Shown here: positions 46,806-61,179 of the stretch, piece after piece
Layout of the letters: each line of letters opens with the position of its first letter
Numbering within the stretch: the first letter of the stretch is position 1
DNA from: Podarcis gaigeae
Taxonomy: Eukaryota
Direction: 5' to 3' (one strand)
Assembly: GCA_964106915.2 (NCBI GenBank)
Contig: OZ066924.1
Length of the DNA stretch: 64,000 nt
Notes under the pieces: model-generated
What the model was told of the DNA's origin: nothing
The model's database searches: none
What the model saw: the letters and a program-made list of their open reading frames with translations, nothing else
Translations under genes and position numbers: made by a program

Positions 46806-48358
46806 TGCCTTGCTAGCTTCTCCAGAAAAGATTTGCAGGCTGCTGCCCAAAACAGTCTCCTGCCCTTGTGGGCACAGCCTGCTTCGATTTGTGCAGGGTC
46901 GCCCCCTGCCTAGGGGAAGAGAGGCACATCCATTTCCTTTGCTTATTTATTAGCTCCAAGGACGTTGTGCTGACTTTTAGTTGCTGCTCAGGAATGAGCA
47001 AGTTCGTGGCCTGCTGGCATCTCCTGTGCTGCAGCCTCTGGGCTCTGATTAAAATCCTGGAAGAATCCTGGTTCTGCGATGATTAGACGGTCATGTCCTC
47101 AAAGTTTCAACAAGGAACCAAATGGAAAGGAAGATGGAGTCCATCTTCCCAACATTGTCCTTTTCAGGCTGCATTGGCTCAAGGGCCTTTTGCAGTGGTG
47201 TGACTGTTCATTACTGAGCCCCAGAGCGGACAAGAGCCGTCCCTGAGCAGCCTGACAAGACAGAAAGCTCAAAGATGATTTGTGCCTGAAATTGAGCCAG
47301 CAGGGATGTCATTAGGAAATTCATTTGCATGACAGCAGCGAAGAACAGAAAGCTGGCCAGTAATGAATGTCTAGCAGGACACCAGTATGAGAACTGCTTA
47401 AGCCATTTCCTCGCCTTCTTTCTCTGCCCAGCCACCTGATGGTTTCATAGCCCCTCCAAAAGGGGGGTTAATTGGGGTCACTTTAGGGAGTCCCATTTTG
47501 CTCTGGGAAGTGTGATTCAAACTCCACCTGAGTTGAAACAGGCAAGCTGGTTCGCCATCCGGCCCTCGCCGCCAACTGACTCATCCTCTGGGGCTGCCTG
47601 GCCTGTTTAAGGAAGCGCTTTGCTCCAGGCCGGCCTCACAACCTTCTTTGGTTTTGCCTGCCCAGCAGAGCTGCCCAGTCTGTGACCTGGTTCTGTCCCC
47701 GTCACGGTTTCCTGATCGTTTGTGGAGAACAGAAGAAGAGCCTGCTCCATGCAGAGGGATAGTTGGAGAGAAGCAGCACACTGATCTTGGTAGCTCAGAC
47801 ACAGAAGAGGAGCATTTTGGACCCTGCATGCCACCACTCAGGCATCGAGGGCAGCATCTCTATAGTCACTTCTATCCCACCTTTGCATAGAGAGCTCACG
47901 GGTGACATGCCCTGATTTGATCCCCTGCCCATTTTATCTTCACAACACCCCTGTGAAGTAGAAAGGGTGTTGAGGTCACCCAGAGAGGATTTGAACTCTT
48001 CACACAAGTTCTTGGCAATAGCCCTCACCCTGAGCTTTAGCTTTCCGCAGAAGGGGTTGATTAACCAGAAAAGATTTGGGTGGGACAGCAGAGGTTGTCA
48101 GCAGAGGATGCAGTGCAGGGGGAGAGAGCAGCCTTCAGGCCAGGGGGAAGGCGAGGGTGGGGGACGAAACCCCACAAGTTTCCCCAAGCTACGAAGGCAG
48201 GTGGACTCTGGCCACTGGGCAGCTGCTCTTCCCTTTCTGAGTTCTTTAAGAGTACCCCGTGTATGTCAATGATAAAGGGAACCTGACTATGAGGGTGCTG
48301 TGTACCACTCCGACCTTCTGCTGGGTCCACACCTGAAGCAGTGCTGTGTCCGTGTCTG

Positions 48359-48389
<31 letters not shown>

Positions 48390-48429
48390 CCCAGCATTGA
48401 TGTGCTGGTCTGCTCCTTTTCTGTTCCAG

Positions 48430-48593
48430 AACCTCTTCCACCACCTGACAGATGTGCAAGGAAACGGGGTGGTGAAGATTCCTGATGCCAAAGGGGATGA
48501 CGCCTGGAAGGTTTACTTTGACGAGACGGGCCAGGAGATTGTGGACGAGTTTGCTATGCGCTACGGGATCGAGTCCATCTACCAGGCCATGAC
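48430..48593 (+). CDS. UNC13B: exon [11 protein letters not shown]...IYQAMT
   Basis: ttccag|AAC...AC|gtgagt. Confidence 0.97.
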
Positions 48594-50299
48594 GTGAGTT
48601 CCTGCCCGATGCTGAGCATCCCTTTCATCCCGGGTGCCACTGAAAGGTCCATTGGGGAAAGGTTTCCTGGTTAGGAAGGGGCGGGCTTGGGTTTGATGCG
48701 AGAAAGTCGAGTCAGAGAGCAGCTCAGGAAGTTGTGATGGCGGGACTTTTGAGAACTATCGTCCTTTAAAAACCTGCCTTCCGCAAACTCTTCTGCAGAA
48801 TATGATCCTGGCCTTTGTTGGCCTTCAGACTCCTCCTTGCATACTTCCATTTAAAATGCCAGTTTTGCCAACTGCAGGATCTCTGCTTCTGCTGCCTTGT
48901 ATCTTAACGCTGCTCCCTTATTCTGGGATGCCAGAGACAGGGCCCGGTGGGGCTGGAGGGGGCTGGGGTCCAGCAGACTGCGTCTGGTGCTCCCCTTGGG
49001 GAAACTGGATCCAGGTCCCCGGGGAGGCTCAGGGAGCTTGTAGGTTCCTCTGGGCTCATCCTGCCATCCTCAGGAAGGAAGTGGCCTCATTTGCATTTTT
49101 TCATTTAATTGCTCTCATTAAAGTGCAGAAAAGAAACCCTCCCGCAGGAAAACTTAAAACTCATTCCCCCAGCACTAGGGCTTGTGGGATGATTAAAGTA
49201 AACAATCAAAGAAAAACTGCTATAAATAAGGGAAAACAGTGCTTGAAAGGGGATTATGTCACGAGACATGACAGGAGAGAAGCACTCTCTAATTAATAGA
49301 GTTGGCGAGAAAGAGAGAGGCTGAGCAAGTCTTGCTGGAAAGTTGCTGGAGGGGAAGGGCGGAGCTGAGCAGAGAGGCTCTTGCTCCAGATTCCTGAGCG
49401 GGAGCTGAAGCAACAGGAGGCTCTGCTCTGCATCCCAGCTCCTGGGAGTCTCAGGTGGGGAGAGCCCTCCTCCTCCTGCTGCTGCTGCTGCTGCATTTGC
49501 TTCCCAGGAGAGGCAGCGAAGGATGTCTTGGCGTTGGGGATGTCCTTGCGCTCAGAGCGCTGGGCAGAGGCAGGGAGGCTTAGGTTCCTGGGCACTGGAT
49601 GAGTTTATTCCCAGCTGCTTCCTAATTCTGGTGCATCTTTTAAGGCGGCCTGTAAAACCAGCAGGCTAGTTAGCTGTGCTCCCTCTTGTTTCCTCGTTGA
49701 TGCTGGGGGTCAGGCAGAGATGACTTTGAACCTTTCCTGGCAACATCTGGACCCCCTGGCACCAGCCCACTTGCAGCCGGGATTCTCTATGGTGTGAAGC
49801 TCTTTGCTGTGTCATTCTGTTTGGGATGGATCATGCGATGGGTCTTGCTCATCTTCAGTGCCTATTCTGGGTTATGAGTGGGATTTCTCCCCCCCCACAC
49901 ACACCTGAGCCTCTGCTAGATCCTGAGTCCTCTCTCCACCCCCACGTCCCCCACAGCGTGGTGCCTCATCCAGTCTCTTGAGTCACTTGGAGCCATTTCC
50001 TCTGGGGGAAGCATTGGGCGGGGAGAGGGAGGAGAGTTTTGCTCCTGACTTGCACCCTGTGGCCTGGTTTTTGCAGGGAGGGGTGTGTGTGTTGGAGTGG
50101 ATGAGCTTCCGCTTCCCACCCCCAGCATCCCAGTCACCCTGTGATTTCTGGCACAACAGAGGTTGGGTTGGTGCTTGTTAGGAGAAGGGGGAGTCTTTTT
50201 TGAAGATAAAAGGCACCTTACGCATGCCCTTCCTTGAGATGGCTCTGAGCATCCCTGCAGCTTCTGCCTGATGGCCCCCAATGGCTTCTCTTCCCCCAG

Positions 50300-50450
50300 G
50301 CATTTTGCATGTCTCTCCTCCAAGTACATGTGCCCCGGGGTGCCAGCGGTGATGAGCACCTTGCTGGCCAACATCAATGCTTACTATGCTCACACCACAG
50401 CCTCCACCAACGTGTCTGCCTCCGACCGCTTCTCGGCTTCAAACTTTGGG
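50300..50450 (+). CDS. UNC13B: exon [18 protein letters not shown]...ASNFG (MUN region)
   Basis: cccccag|G...GGG|gtaagt. Confidence 0.97.
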
Positions 50451-52039
50451 GTAAGTGCCCCTGCTGTCTCCCCCCTGCCCCCCGCTTGCTTGCTTGTGGG
50501 TCCAGGTTCAAGGGGACAAGGAGCATCATTCTGTAGGTTGGAAGAAATGCTGCCTCTTCTTCCTGCCAAGGCAAGTTCCTTCACACTCACAAAGACACTT
50601 GCCCGAGTGATGCTGATGTAGAAATTGGGGTTTGGCTTTTGCTGCCCATCTCCCCTTGGGACTGAGTCCCCTAAGTCCATGGTCAGTCAGAGAAGAATGT
50701 AGGGAGGCAGGATCCAGTGGGAAGCAAGGCAGATCTTTATTTTTCTATTGCAACAGAGTTCTCTCCACTCCTTCCAAGGAGGGAGAGATCCTGAACAAAA
50801 GTGTGCAGGAACCTTTAAAGACTTTTGACATTGCCCAACCGCCTTAGCCAAAGAACACCACCAAATCATCATACATACATCACAGAAGGAGGCAGTTTAC
50901 AGCAGAAATCCTGTCTGCCAGGATGCCTGATAATGGCCTCTGGTTGCATTACCTGGGCAGTCTCGCCATTCTTTTGTGAAGGTTAATACTTTAGGATTTG
51001 TAGGCGAAAAGACAATGGGAAGGCTTTCCCCATTTGCCTCCCTTACTGCAGAGGAATATTTGAGGTCACTGGAAGAGTCAAAATGGCTTCAGGATTGCTC
51101 TCCTGTACTATTTCAGACACACGGCTAATATATTTAGATATCTGTGCATTTATGAATATTTATGCTATATTTGAGACCTCAGAATTCTTATAACAATGCC
51201 AGGGGCCTGCTCTGCCTGAAATGAATCAATCGGTGTTTGCATGCAGTTCTTTGGATTTTTGATGTTGCATGCCTGATAATGTAACAATCTTGAAATTGTT
51301 TGTGTTGCCGCTCTGTGGTTTTAAAGCAGAGAACGAAACCAAGTAGTGATGTCCCAGTCCTTAAACGTGGGCAGTGAAAATGCCTTTTAACCCTTTCAAA
51401 TCTCCAAGGCCTCAAGAGTTCCAAAATAACACTGATTGGATGTTTTCCCTTACTGTAAAGTAAGTGGGGCTGCTCTAAATCTTCATGGGATTCTTTTTCC
51501 CCACAGAGGGGTGATTCCTAAGGGATCCTATTTATTTCCTGACAGAGCCGCCCTCCTCAGGGCAGATTCCTCTGCCACCAGGTTACTCCTCAGGCCTGGG
51601 GGCCCAATGTGGCCCTTTGGGCATCTCTTTCACACTCTGGACTCTGGACTGGCCACGCCCCTTCAAGGGCCCTGCTTCACGACCTTCTCGGGTGCCTTTG
51701 CCCGGCTGGAATATGCCCTGGAAGTGACGGTGCCTCTCGCTTGCCTGAATGGAAGGTGGAGCAAAGTGTGTGCAGAAAAAGCACCTTAGCCTTTTGCAGC
51801 CTGCTGTCCGAATGCGCTCTTCTCACTTTTGCCACTGCCATGGCGACCCTGGGAGGTTGCAGCCCTCGGACAGAAAACAATTCTGCACCCACTGCTTCAA
51901 TGGATGCAAACCTTTTCACTCTGTTTGTGACTGAGTGGCCCTTTTTTGGGGGGGGGGGGAGAGAGAAATGTACCCCAGAAGGGGAGCTCCCCTTTAGGCC
52001 TGGAAATAGGTAAGGACCAGTTTTTGGCCGCCCCTCTAA

Positions 52040-52162
<123 letters not shown>

Positions 52163-53922
52163 TAGTTCTTGGCACTCGTGAACCCCCTCCTGAGCCTTCA
52201 AGGGCCTCGCATTCATTATGTCTGTAATCCTCACTGCTGTGCTGTAAAGTAGGCCAGCCTGATTATCCCCATGTTGGCCTGGGAGGGTGAGAGAGGCTTG
52301 TCTCAGGGTTTTGGCTGAGGCAGGGGGCTTCCTGGCTCCCACTGAGTGGAGTCCTGCTAGTCCTTTCTGCTTTTTTAAAAATAAACCTAGGGTAAGAAAT
52401 GTCTGAGCAGACAAAGGCTGGGTGGGTGGGGAGTTGTCCTTCCGCTTTCCAACTCAAAAATCCTCCTGTGGGATGAGGACACTTCAGAATTTAAAAATGG
52501 AGTGTAATAGTGACCTTTTGCAGAGTTGTCGTGCTCCCATCTAAATTAGCCAAGATTGGGAACAGGCTTTGCAGCTCTCGCCGGCTTGATAATGCCCTCT
52601 CCAAAAGACTTGGGGTGGGGAGGGGAGCCGCGCTCTTGCCTGCAGCTTCTGCACTGTGAACCATGCTCAATGCGTCTGCCCAGACAAATCCAGCATCACT
52701 GCACCCCTGCCAGGAAAGCCCAGCCTGTCACACTCAGGGTTCAGTTTGGATGGCTCTTAGTTAGGATCCCTTGATGGATGTTTCCACTGGGCTCAGCTGA
52801 ATGGCATCAACTAAAGCAAGCCTCTTTGCCAATTATTTTCTCTTTACCCCCTTAAAGGTGACCTTAGGAGGACTGTGATACCCAGATTGGGTCTTTATCA
52901 TGTTTTGGATAGCCTCTATTCCCATTAGTATTGCTATAGCAATGCAGAGCATGGCAGGGAGTTTCTCCTCGTTGCGATCAAGTAGAGAGAGCTCCTCTGC
53001 CTTGGTATACAGCCAGTTCGGCACGTGGTGACGATGTTGAGAGTTTCAGTTTCATTTTTGCAGTTTGGGGTTCTGCATAGCAATAAACAAAAAGGAATGT
53101 GCACCACATTGGCTAGAAACAGCGCAAGGAAATGGCCTTTGGGAATGGTGTAATTATACATTGTAGAATAATACCGCTCGTTATGGTGGGGGGAATAGTT
53201 AATCCTTGGATGAGATGCCGGTTCATTCTGCTGCCAAAAATAGTAGCCTAGTGTGAGCTGCAGTGAAATGTAATTAGATCTAATTTGTAATGATAAGACT
53301 CTCTTGCATAAATGGGCTCCTAATTGATTGTCCCCAAAGTGCAGCTGACGTTCTGTCTTGGGGAGCGAAGCCCTTCCACATTAATTAAAGGTGTCTTCTG
53401 CCCTGGAAACGTCAACAAGGAGGGAGGGCGGCTCCGGCTCAGAAGCCAGCAGGGCCAGAACCACCCAGAGAGGTTTCTTTCTTGTTGCCTTGGCTCTTGC
53501 TCACAGCCAACTTTTAAAAGGAAGCATCCGATCTGTTTCCTTGACGTTTATCGTTCTGAGGATGCCTCAACACAGAGTGAACCAAGCGTGTGGCCGTTGG
53601 GTGAATTGGTATCATTGTTGCGACCAGGGAAATCCTGCACTGAGGGGGAAGTCTCCCTTCCTTGTGCCCCTCCCTTCCGCCCTTCATCCCAGTCTTGTTT
53701 AGCTATAAGCAGTTTTTCCTGTCGGGTTAGACTCATGCAGGGATGTGGTCTTCTAAGAGATGTGAAGCTCCCATCAGCACCAGCCACCAAAAACCAGTAG
53801 TCAGCGGTGATGGGAAGTCCCCCAAACACCTGGAGGGTCACAGGTTCTCCACCTTTGGAAGAGCCTCCCGTGCCGCTGCCTGTTTGGGCCACTGAGCTGG
53901 GTGTTTGTCCCTGGGTGTTTGA

Positions 53923-54162
<240 letters not shown>

Positions 54163-54194
54163 TGAGAAAAGCACTCTCAGACTGTCCAGTCTAT

Positions 54195-54491
54195 GGACTT
54201 GTCCACACTTTTGCCCTGCTCTGTCCAGGCACAGCTCTGTGCTTAAAAGCTCCAGGCATGAGGTTTTTTCCCCCCTGAAGCTTTCCCTGCAAAAACTCGT
54301 TCTTTAATGCTCAGTTGGAGCAAACAGCAGTTCGGGTTTTCTGCGGATTGCCATTTGCTCTAATTGAGCTTCAAAGAGTAGGTTTTTCATGGGCAAAGCT
54401 CCGGAGCAAAAACGGGTGCTGCTCGGACATGGAGCTTTAAAATGCAGACTGTGCCTGGAAAGAGCGGAGAAATGTGAAGTGTGGAGAAGCC
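54195..54491. mobile_element. palindromic non-autonomous DNA element; related copies at ~23780-24095 and ~55470-55750
   Basis: Inverted termini GGACTTGTCCACACTT / AAGTGTGGAGAAGCC; internal motifs GGAGCAAA and GAGCTTTA shared between copies. Confidence 0.45.
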
Positions 54492-55259
54492 TTCAGCCTC
54501 CTGGTCCAAGGAGAGGTCAGCCTTTGCCTCCGAATGCAAGATCTCTCCTCCATCCTTCCAGCAAGTGGAGATTCTGCTGCAGGTCCCAACTGAGTTGTTA
54601 TCGCATCTCGCTCACTGGTGTGGCTATGAACTTTCCCGTGTGCTTATCTGACAGCCTTATTCATTTGCCAATTAATTAAATGCTGCTTATTTGTAAATAT
54701 CCCTGGAAACAAAGTTAAGTACTGGAACAAAACAATTCATTTTACAGGAACAAGAAGCGCATTATTCACAGTGAAGGCTGCTGCTGATTGGTAATGAAAT
54801 CTGCCTTTGTGCTTTTCCAGCTAACGGGGAAGCCAAGTGATGATTTCTGACACCCGTAAAGCTATTACCGCTTCGATGTGAGTGCTGGTGCAGGGAAGCG
54901 GCAGGCACACCTGTTTATTTTATCTGAACAAACAGGCTTATTCTGCTCCTGGAACATCAATACCTGTGCTGTCAAGTTCTTTTTCAGGCCAGGTGTCTGA
55001 GCTTGTTTTGACTGCTCAGAAATTCAGAATAAATGTTCTGCAATGGTGTTTTCCTCTGTTTGCAAATGTTCTGAGAAGCCGCATCTAAGGTTTTCCCTCT
55101 TCCAAAAACTCTGGTTTTTAAAGTCGCAGGGGTCCCGTGCATTCTCCAGAGCAGCAGGTTTCTAACACCCTTTGTAGGCAACAAAGCCTCGGCGATCTGA
55201 CTGCCAGCCTCAGAAGCGGCTTCTCTCTGCCTCCCACCCTCTCCTGCCTTCCTTTCCAG

Positions 55260-55394
55260 GTCCAGGAATTGCAGAGCCCTCCTCGTGCCAGTCAGGTGGT
55301 GAAGGATTGTGTCAAAGCCTGTCTCAACTCAACGTACGAGTATATCTTCAACAACTGCCAGGATTTGTACAGCCGCGAATACCAGACAGACCCT
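55260..55394 (+). CDS. UNC13B: exon [18 protein letters not shown]...EYQTDP
   Basis: ttccag|GTC...CCT|gtgagt; 135 nt. Confidence 0.96.
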
Positions 55395-55938
55395 GTGAGT
55401 CGAGGGTGACAATAGCATTTGTATTCCACTTCATCTGGAAAGCCCTCCCAGAGTGGCTTAGTAAGGGGTCAGAGTGTCTCTGCCCTTAGGCCCATGTTCC
55501 AGGCTCAGTCCACGCTTTAAAGCTCAGCGCCAGAGCATCCCCTGCCAGCGCTTTTGCCCGTCTTTTACCACTGAATCGGAGCAAACGGCAACCCACAGAA
55601 AAACCAGTTATCGTTGCTCTGATTTAGCGGTGAAACGCGGGTTTTCCCCTAGAAGGTGCTGGGGGGGGAGCCACACACTTGGAGAAAGAGCTTTATAGCC
55701 CCGGCCTGTGCAGCACGAAATGCAGCCCGAAAAGCAGACTGGATGAAGCTTAAGAAAGACGACCCAGAGGGTGGGAGGGAGAAGGAAGCCCAGATCTCAG
55801 TCGCACCATCTCCAGGGGCCCTGTGGGCCCAGGCACCCACAATTTTTTGGTTCTGGGTGCCTGGCTTCCCTCGTGCCCTGGCAGAAGGCGCAGGCCCTGG
55901 CCCAGTTGCCCATCTGGCACCTTTTGCTTTTCCTCTAG

Positions 55939-56072
55939 AACAAAGCTCAGGACATGTCTCCCGAGGAGCAAGGCCCCAGCATCAAGAACCTGGACTTCTG
56001 GCCCAAGCTCATCACCCTCATTGTCTCCATTGTCGAAGAGGACAAGAACTCCTATGCCCCCGTCCTCAACCA
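55939..56072 (+). CDS. UNC13B: exon [44 protein letters not shown](Q)
   Basis: cctctag|AAC...CA|gtaagc. Confidence 0.95.
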
Positions 56073-56351
56073 GTAAGCAGACTCCGTGAGCCGGCCGGAT
56101 TCGCTTTGCCTGCCTGTCTTTTTTGCCCTTCCTGTCTCTTTGGGGTGACCCTGTTTCGATGGTGTTCCCACTCAGACCCCTGCAGCGTTAGGGCTCAGAT
56201 GCTCTCCTGACGAGTGGGGTGAGAGCAGCTCCTCTTTGGGCTGGCCTTCCGGGTGCCTTTCTCCCCTCCGCCCCACTCCCCTCAAGAGCTCCTTGTGGAT
56301 GGGTCTAAGCGGGGCTGGGGGAGGGGCTGCATGCGTAGGGCAAGTGAATAA

Positions 56352-56780
<429 letters not shown>

Positions 56781-59584
56781 TGACATGGGAGCTTTCCCTG
56801 CCCTGCTCCAGCGAGGCTCCCATGGGTCGTGCCTTCCAGCTTCTTGCTCGGCAACTGGCCAGTCACGTTCCGCTTGGGTCGAAGCCTTGCAAAGGCCGGC
56901 TGTCCTCTAATCAAATTACTTCTCCGCGATGCTGCAGCCGGAATCCCTGAGCTCTGTGCCGTGTTCTGTGAGGAGCTGCCAAAAGCTCCCGGGGGAGTTT
57001 CTCAGGCCATCCAAGGAAGCCTTGCCAGCGCTGCTCTGCCAGCTCAGCACCGCTGTCGCTTCTTGGAATGGAGCTTGGCATCCTTCGCCCCATCAGGAGA
57101 CTGAGGACTGGCCCTCCTCCTGCACCAGGCGAGAAGCTGCCAAGCCCTAAGAGCAGCCGCTGGCTCTGTCCTCTCTGGGCCCAGTCACCTTCCCATTCTC
57201 TCTCCCCCTGGACAGAGGGCGGCATCTCTCTGCCCTTAGCCCCTGAATTTGTGCAGCTAGAGGAGAGGAAGTCCCTGCTCCCCTTGATTCGCGCTGTGGG
57301 CTAGTACCTGAGTGGAGCAGGGCAAAGAGGGTGACCCACAGTTCATGGGATGTTTCCAAGGACCTTCGTCTTGGGTCCCTGCTTCTCCTGCTCTTTGGCA
57401 TCCTGGGATGTGGGGCAGGGGAGAGGGCTGCTTGCCCCCACCTCTGCCCCAGACCTGTTGCTGGTGTCCACTTTTTCTTTGCCCCTTCTCGCTGAAAGGT
57501 TTGCTCTACACTTTTATATATATGGCATGCTTTTTTAAATTGAAGCCGTGCTTGTGGTGGGGCTGGGGGGGTCGCGATGGTCGGAGAGGCCTGTTGGTTG
57601 CTCCTCTCTGCACAGCCATCTGGGGAGACAGGAAGGGAGATCAGCCACATCCTGCACAGCCGGCCTGGGCTGGAAACAGAGCCAGCCTCTCCTGAGCTCC
57701 AGTCCCTGGAGGAGGCTGGCAGAGCTGGCCAGACAGGGCTGACCACTGATCCACTGCAAACTCCCCACTCCAAACTCTAAATGAGCCACTAGTCTGGGGA
57801 GCATTTAGGGGTGGCATTCCTACTCTGGTTGTTATCTTCAATGATCAGAGCATTAGAAAAATCTGGGCATCTGAGGTTAGTTTGCTCAAGGTGAGGGATC
57901 AAACCAGCAGGAAGAATACACAAGTGTGAATACATGGCATGGATCCTGCCATTAGCTACTCCTCCCCACCCTGCGATATCTTGGCAACATGCATACTCAT
58001 TTGAGTAATAATTATCCCAGGCCTCCAGCTCCTGTTTATGCAAAACACAATGGGGGGGGGGGAGGAGAGGGGGAAAGGGGCCAGGCGGTTAACTGCACTG
58101 AGCCATGATGAAGCCTCCTTCTGCGGGTTTGAGTTTTCAACCTTTGAAGCCGTTGCTGCCTTTGCTTCCTTTTCAATGCTCTGGGTTTGAGCATGATGCA
58201 TTTTGATCATGGCTAATAGGCACAGGGGATGTGATCTGTGTTTCAAGATGTCGCTTCAGGTAATTAGCATCCAATTGGTTCTGACACCTCGAAGAGCAGG
58301 AGTGAGACACACACACACACACACACACACTCCTGAGATTTTGTCCTCCCTCTGCTGCAGTTCTGCTACAAAGTGGAGCTCTTCTTTTGGAGCGCAAATG
58401 TGACTCTTCCATCTCCTGTATTTTGGTGGGCTAAGCCTCTTCCCTCTGGGCCCCTAATAATGTCTGGCCTGTGTGTGCTTTTTGTCTCACCCCCTTGCTC
58501 ATCTCTTAAGTTCTGGATAGAATGAGCACCCTCAAGGCATCACGTGGTAAGAGCCTTCCCTTTGGTGACCCTTCTGAATGTTTCTGCTAAAGACCTTTCC
58601 TCTCCATAGCGAGAATAATAGCACATAGCCTCCCACCCCCACCCCCACCCCATGGTGTGGTCGTCCACATCAACAGATGTAGAACATGAAGGGAGAGATC
58701 CAGAGGGTGGCAGCATAAGAACGGGGCCTTTTCTGCGATGGCTCCCCATTTATGGGGTGCTCTCTCCAGGGAGGCTCACCTGGTACCTATCTTTAGATGC
58801 CAGGCAAAAACATCCCTCTTCTTCCAGGCCTTTGGCTAATGAAACAATCTGTAGCCTTTTCAACTGGGGGAGGGGGGTGTATGCTTTCGGTTTGTCTTGT
58901 GCTTCTATATTGCAAACAGCCCTGTGATCCTTGGACGAAGGGCAGCGTAGAAATTTAAATAATAATCCTAAAGAGGTGAAGCGTCCTTCTGAGCAGCTCT
59001 CTCTAGAGGAGCGATTCCTGGTGAGGATGGGAGCCAGCCAGAGGCCTCTCGCCTTGCTCCGCTTCTGACACGGATAGACAGGAGGATCTGCAGCCAACTG
59101 GCAGCTTTTTGGAGCTGGGAGTCAGGGAGGGCGGTGTGAACATTGGTGGTTGGTTCACTCCTACCTTTTCTCTGTCCAAAGCCCCACCTATATTTCGCAT
59201 CCGCATGGTCCTCTTCCAGGGCGGTAAGAGCCTTTTTTCTTTCTCCCTGACTTATTCTAGTTTAGCAGATTCCCACCCCCTCCCAGGCTGTGCGTAGATC
59301 GCAAACCCCGAAGTGATGCTTAGTTTGCAGAGCAGACACGTCTGCCTGAGCCCCTTTCCATCTCAGGCCAGTGGCGCAGGAAGCAGCTTGTGTGTGTCGC
59401 TCCACCCTGCAGAAAACCCCGCCTGCTGCTCCTCTGCTCTGAGTGCGCTGTCCCTCCCAGCTTCTTTTCAGGTGCCAGGTACTGTGGGGCCTTCTCCTGG
59501 CCCGCCCTCCTTCTAGAGAGCCTCACTGGGAGAGCTCCACTGCTTGGCAGTGTCCAGGCGAAGGTATCCTGGTTTTATGTTTTC

Positions 59585-59967
59585 ATTTCCGAGCACAATT
59601 CAAAGTCTTGGTGCTGACCTTGAAAGCCCTAAACGGCTTCAGTTCAGTAGACCTGAAGGAGCGTCTCCACCCCCATCGTTCAGCCCAGACACTGAGGTCC
59701 AGCGCTGAGGGCCTTCTGGCGGTTCCCTCCCTGCGAGAAGCCAGGTTCCAGGGAACCAGGCAGAGGGCCTTCTCGGTAGTGGCGCCTGCCCTGTGGAACA
59801 CCCTCCCACCAGATGTCAGAGAGAACAACAACTACCAGACTTTAAGAAGACAGCTGAAGGCAGCCCTGTTTAGGGAAGCTTTTAATGTTTAATAGGTTAT
59901 TGTATTTAATATTCTGTTGAAAGCTGCCCAGAGTGGCTGGGGAAACCCAGCCAGATGGGCAGGGTAT

Positions 59968-60000
<33 letters not shown>
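59585..60000 (+). mobile_element. L2 LINE 3' end with (CAT)n tail
   Basis: Open ORF2 C-terminus RAQFKVLVLTLKALNG...RAFSVVAPALWNTLP...LKAALFREAF. Confidence 0.85.
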
Positions 60001-60132
60001 GATGTCCCTGGGAGGAAAAACCTATCGGCCATCGCAGCCCTTCCTCTCTGTAGGGTCAAGTGTGAAAATCTTGGCCGTTGCCAACGTATTGGCTTTTAGA
60101 CGTTGCTGTCCAAAACTACAGCACTGCGGTCT

Positions 60133-60320
60133 TAGAATCATAGAATCGTAGAGTTGAAAGATGCCCCAAGGCTCATGTAGTCCAACCCCCTGCTAGGTCA
60201 TAGATGAGAGATGGCCATCTAGGCTCTTTGAAGGAGAGTCCACTACCTCTCATGGGAGTCTCTCCACTGTTGGATGGCTCTGACGGCCAGAAGGTTTTCC
60301 CTGATGTTTAGCAGGGACCT
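60133..60320 (-). mobile_element. CR1 3' end
   Basis: AGAATCATAGAAT tail plus TAGTCCAACCCCCTGC. Confidence 0.7.
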
Positions 60321-61179
60321 CTTAAGTTCAGGGTATCATCTGAAAGCGCAGAAATCTTGAGAAGGAGGTCCGGCTCCTTCTTGAAGGAGGAGGCACAGGA
60401 TACAAATATACACGGTGCCTTCATGTTATGCCATTGGCTCTGTTTTCCCTGGATATTATCAAGTGGGGATCAGTGGCATTTACCAGCAATTTTTAAGAAT
60501 TTAGGCAGCCCAAGGTTAGAAAAGTTTCTGCCAGGATAGTTGGCATTTTTTGCATTGAGACAAGTGTCATGGAAACATTCTGGAAGCGAAGGTGCCAAAA
60601 GCTGAAGGCTCTGCGTTGGCTTTGAAGTCTCGTCTCTCCTGGTCCTTCTCTCTCCGCGTCCTGAAGTCTTAAGATGGGCTGGGAGAGCCAGACAGCAAGA
60701 GGCCTGAGCCCAGGAAAAACCTACAGGGAGCCTCGAAGGGCCATCACACACACAGAGGAGATGAAAAGCCCGAGTGTTTCCTGTTCTCTTCAGAGGTCTT
60801 GTGGTCCCGAGCAGTAAGGGTGAAAACGGTGTCCTGAGCCTAAGGTGTGAGGAGGAATGCAAAGGTCTTCTTCAGCTGCTGGGAATTCCCTCAAGGGGTC
60901 TTGGGAATGCCCTCCATGCTGTTGGGTGCTCCTTCTGATGTGTGGCACTGGTTGGTGTTGGCAGAACAGGAAAAGGTGGGCAGGGGATTTATTCCAATTA
61001 CCTAAACCTGAATAATTTAAAATGAAACTGAGGCTAGTGATGGAATTTAACCCATTTTTCCGTCTACAAGACGCCCCCATGTATAAGATTCCCCCTATTT
61101 TGGGGAACTCCGACTTAAGAAAATGGAGGGAGAGCTATAGGTGTATAAGAAGCCCCCAAATTTTGGAAATTATTGGAAA

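Noticed and set aside
46286-48429. Cryptic exon like the TDP-43-repressed one in the equivalent human UNC13A intron, or a poly-Ala extension from (GCA)n at 48361-48388
   Set aside because: No convincing splice-site pair or UG array; CAG acceptors inside the repeat would be out of frame.
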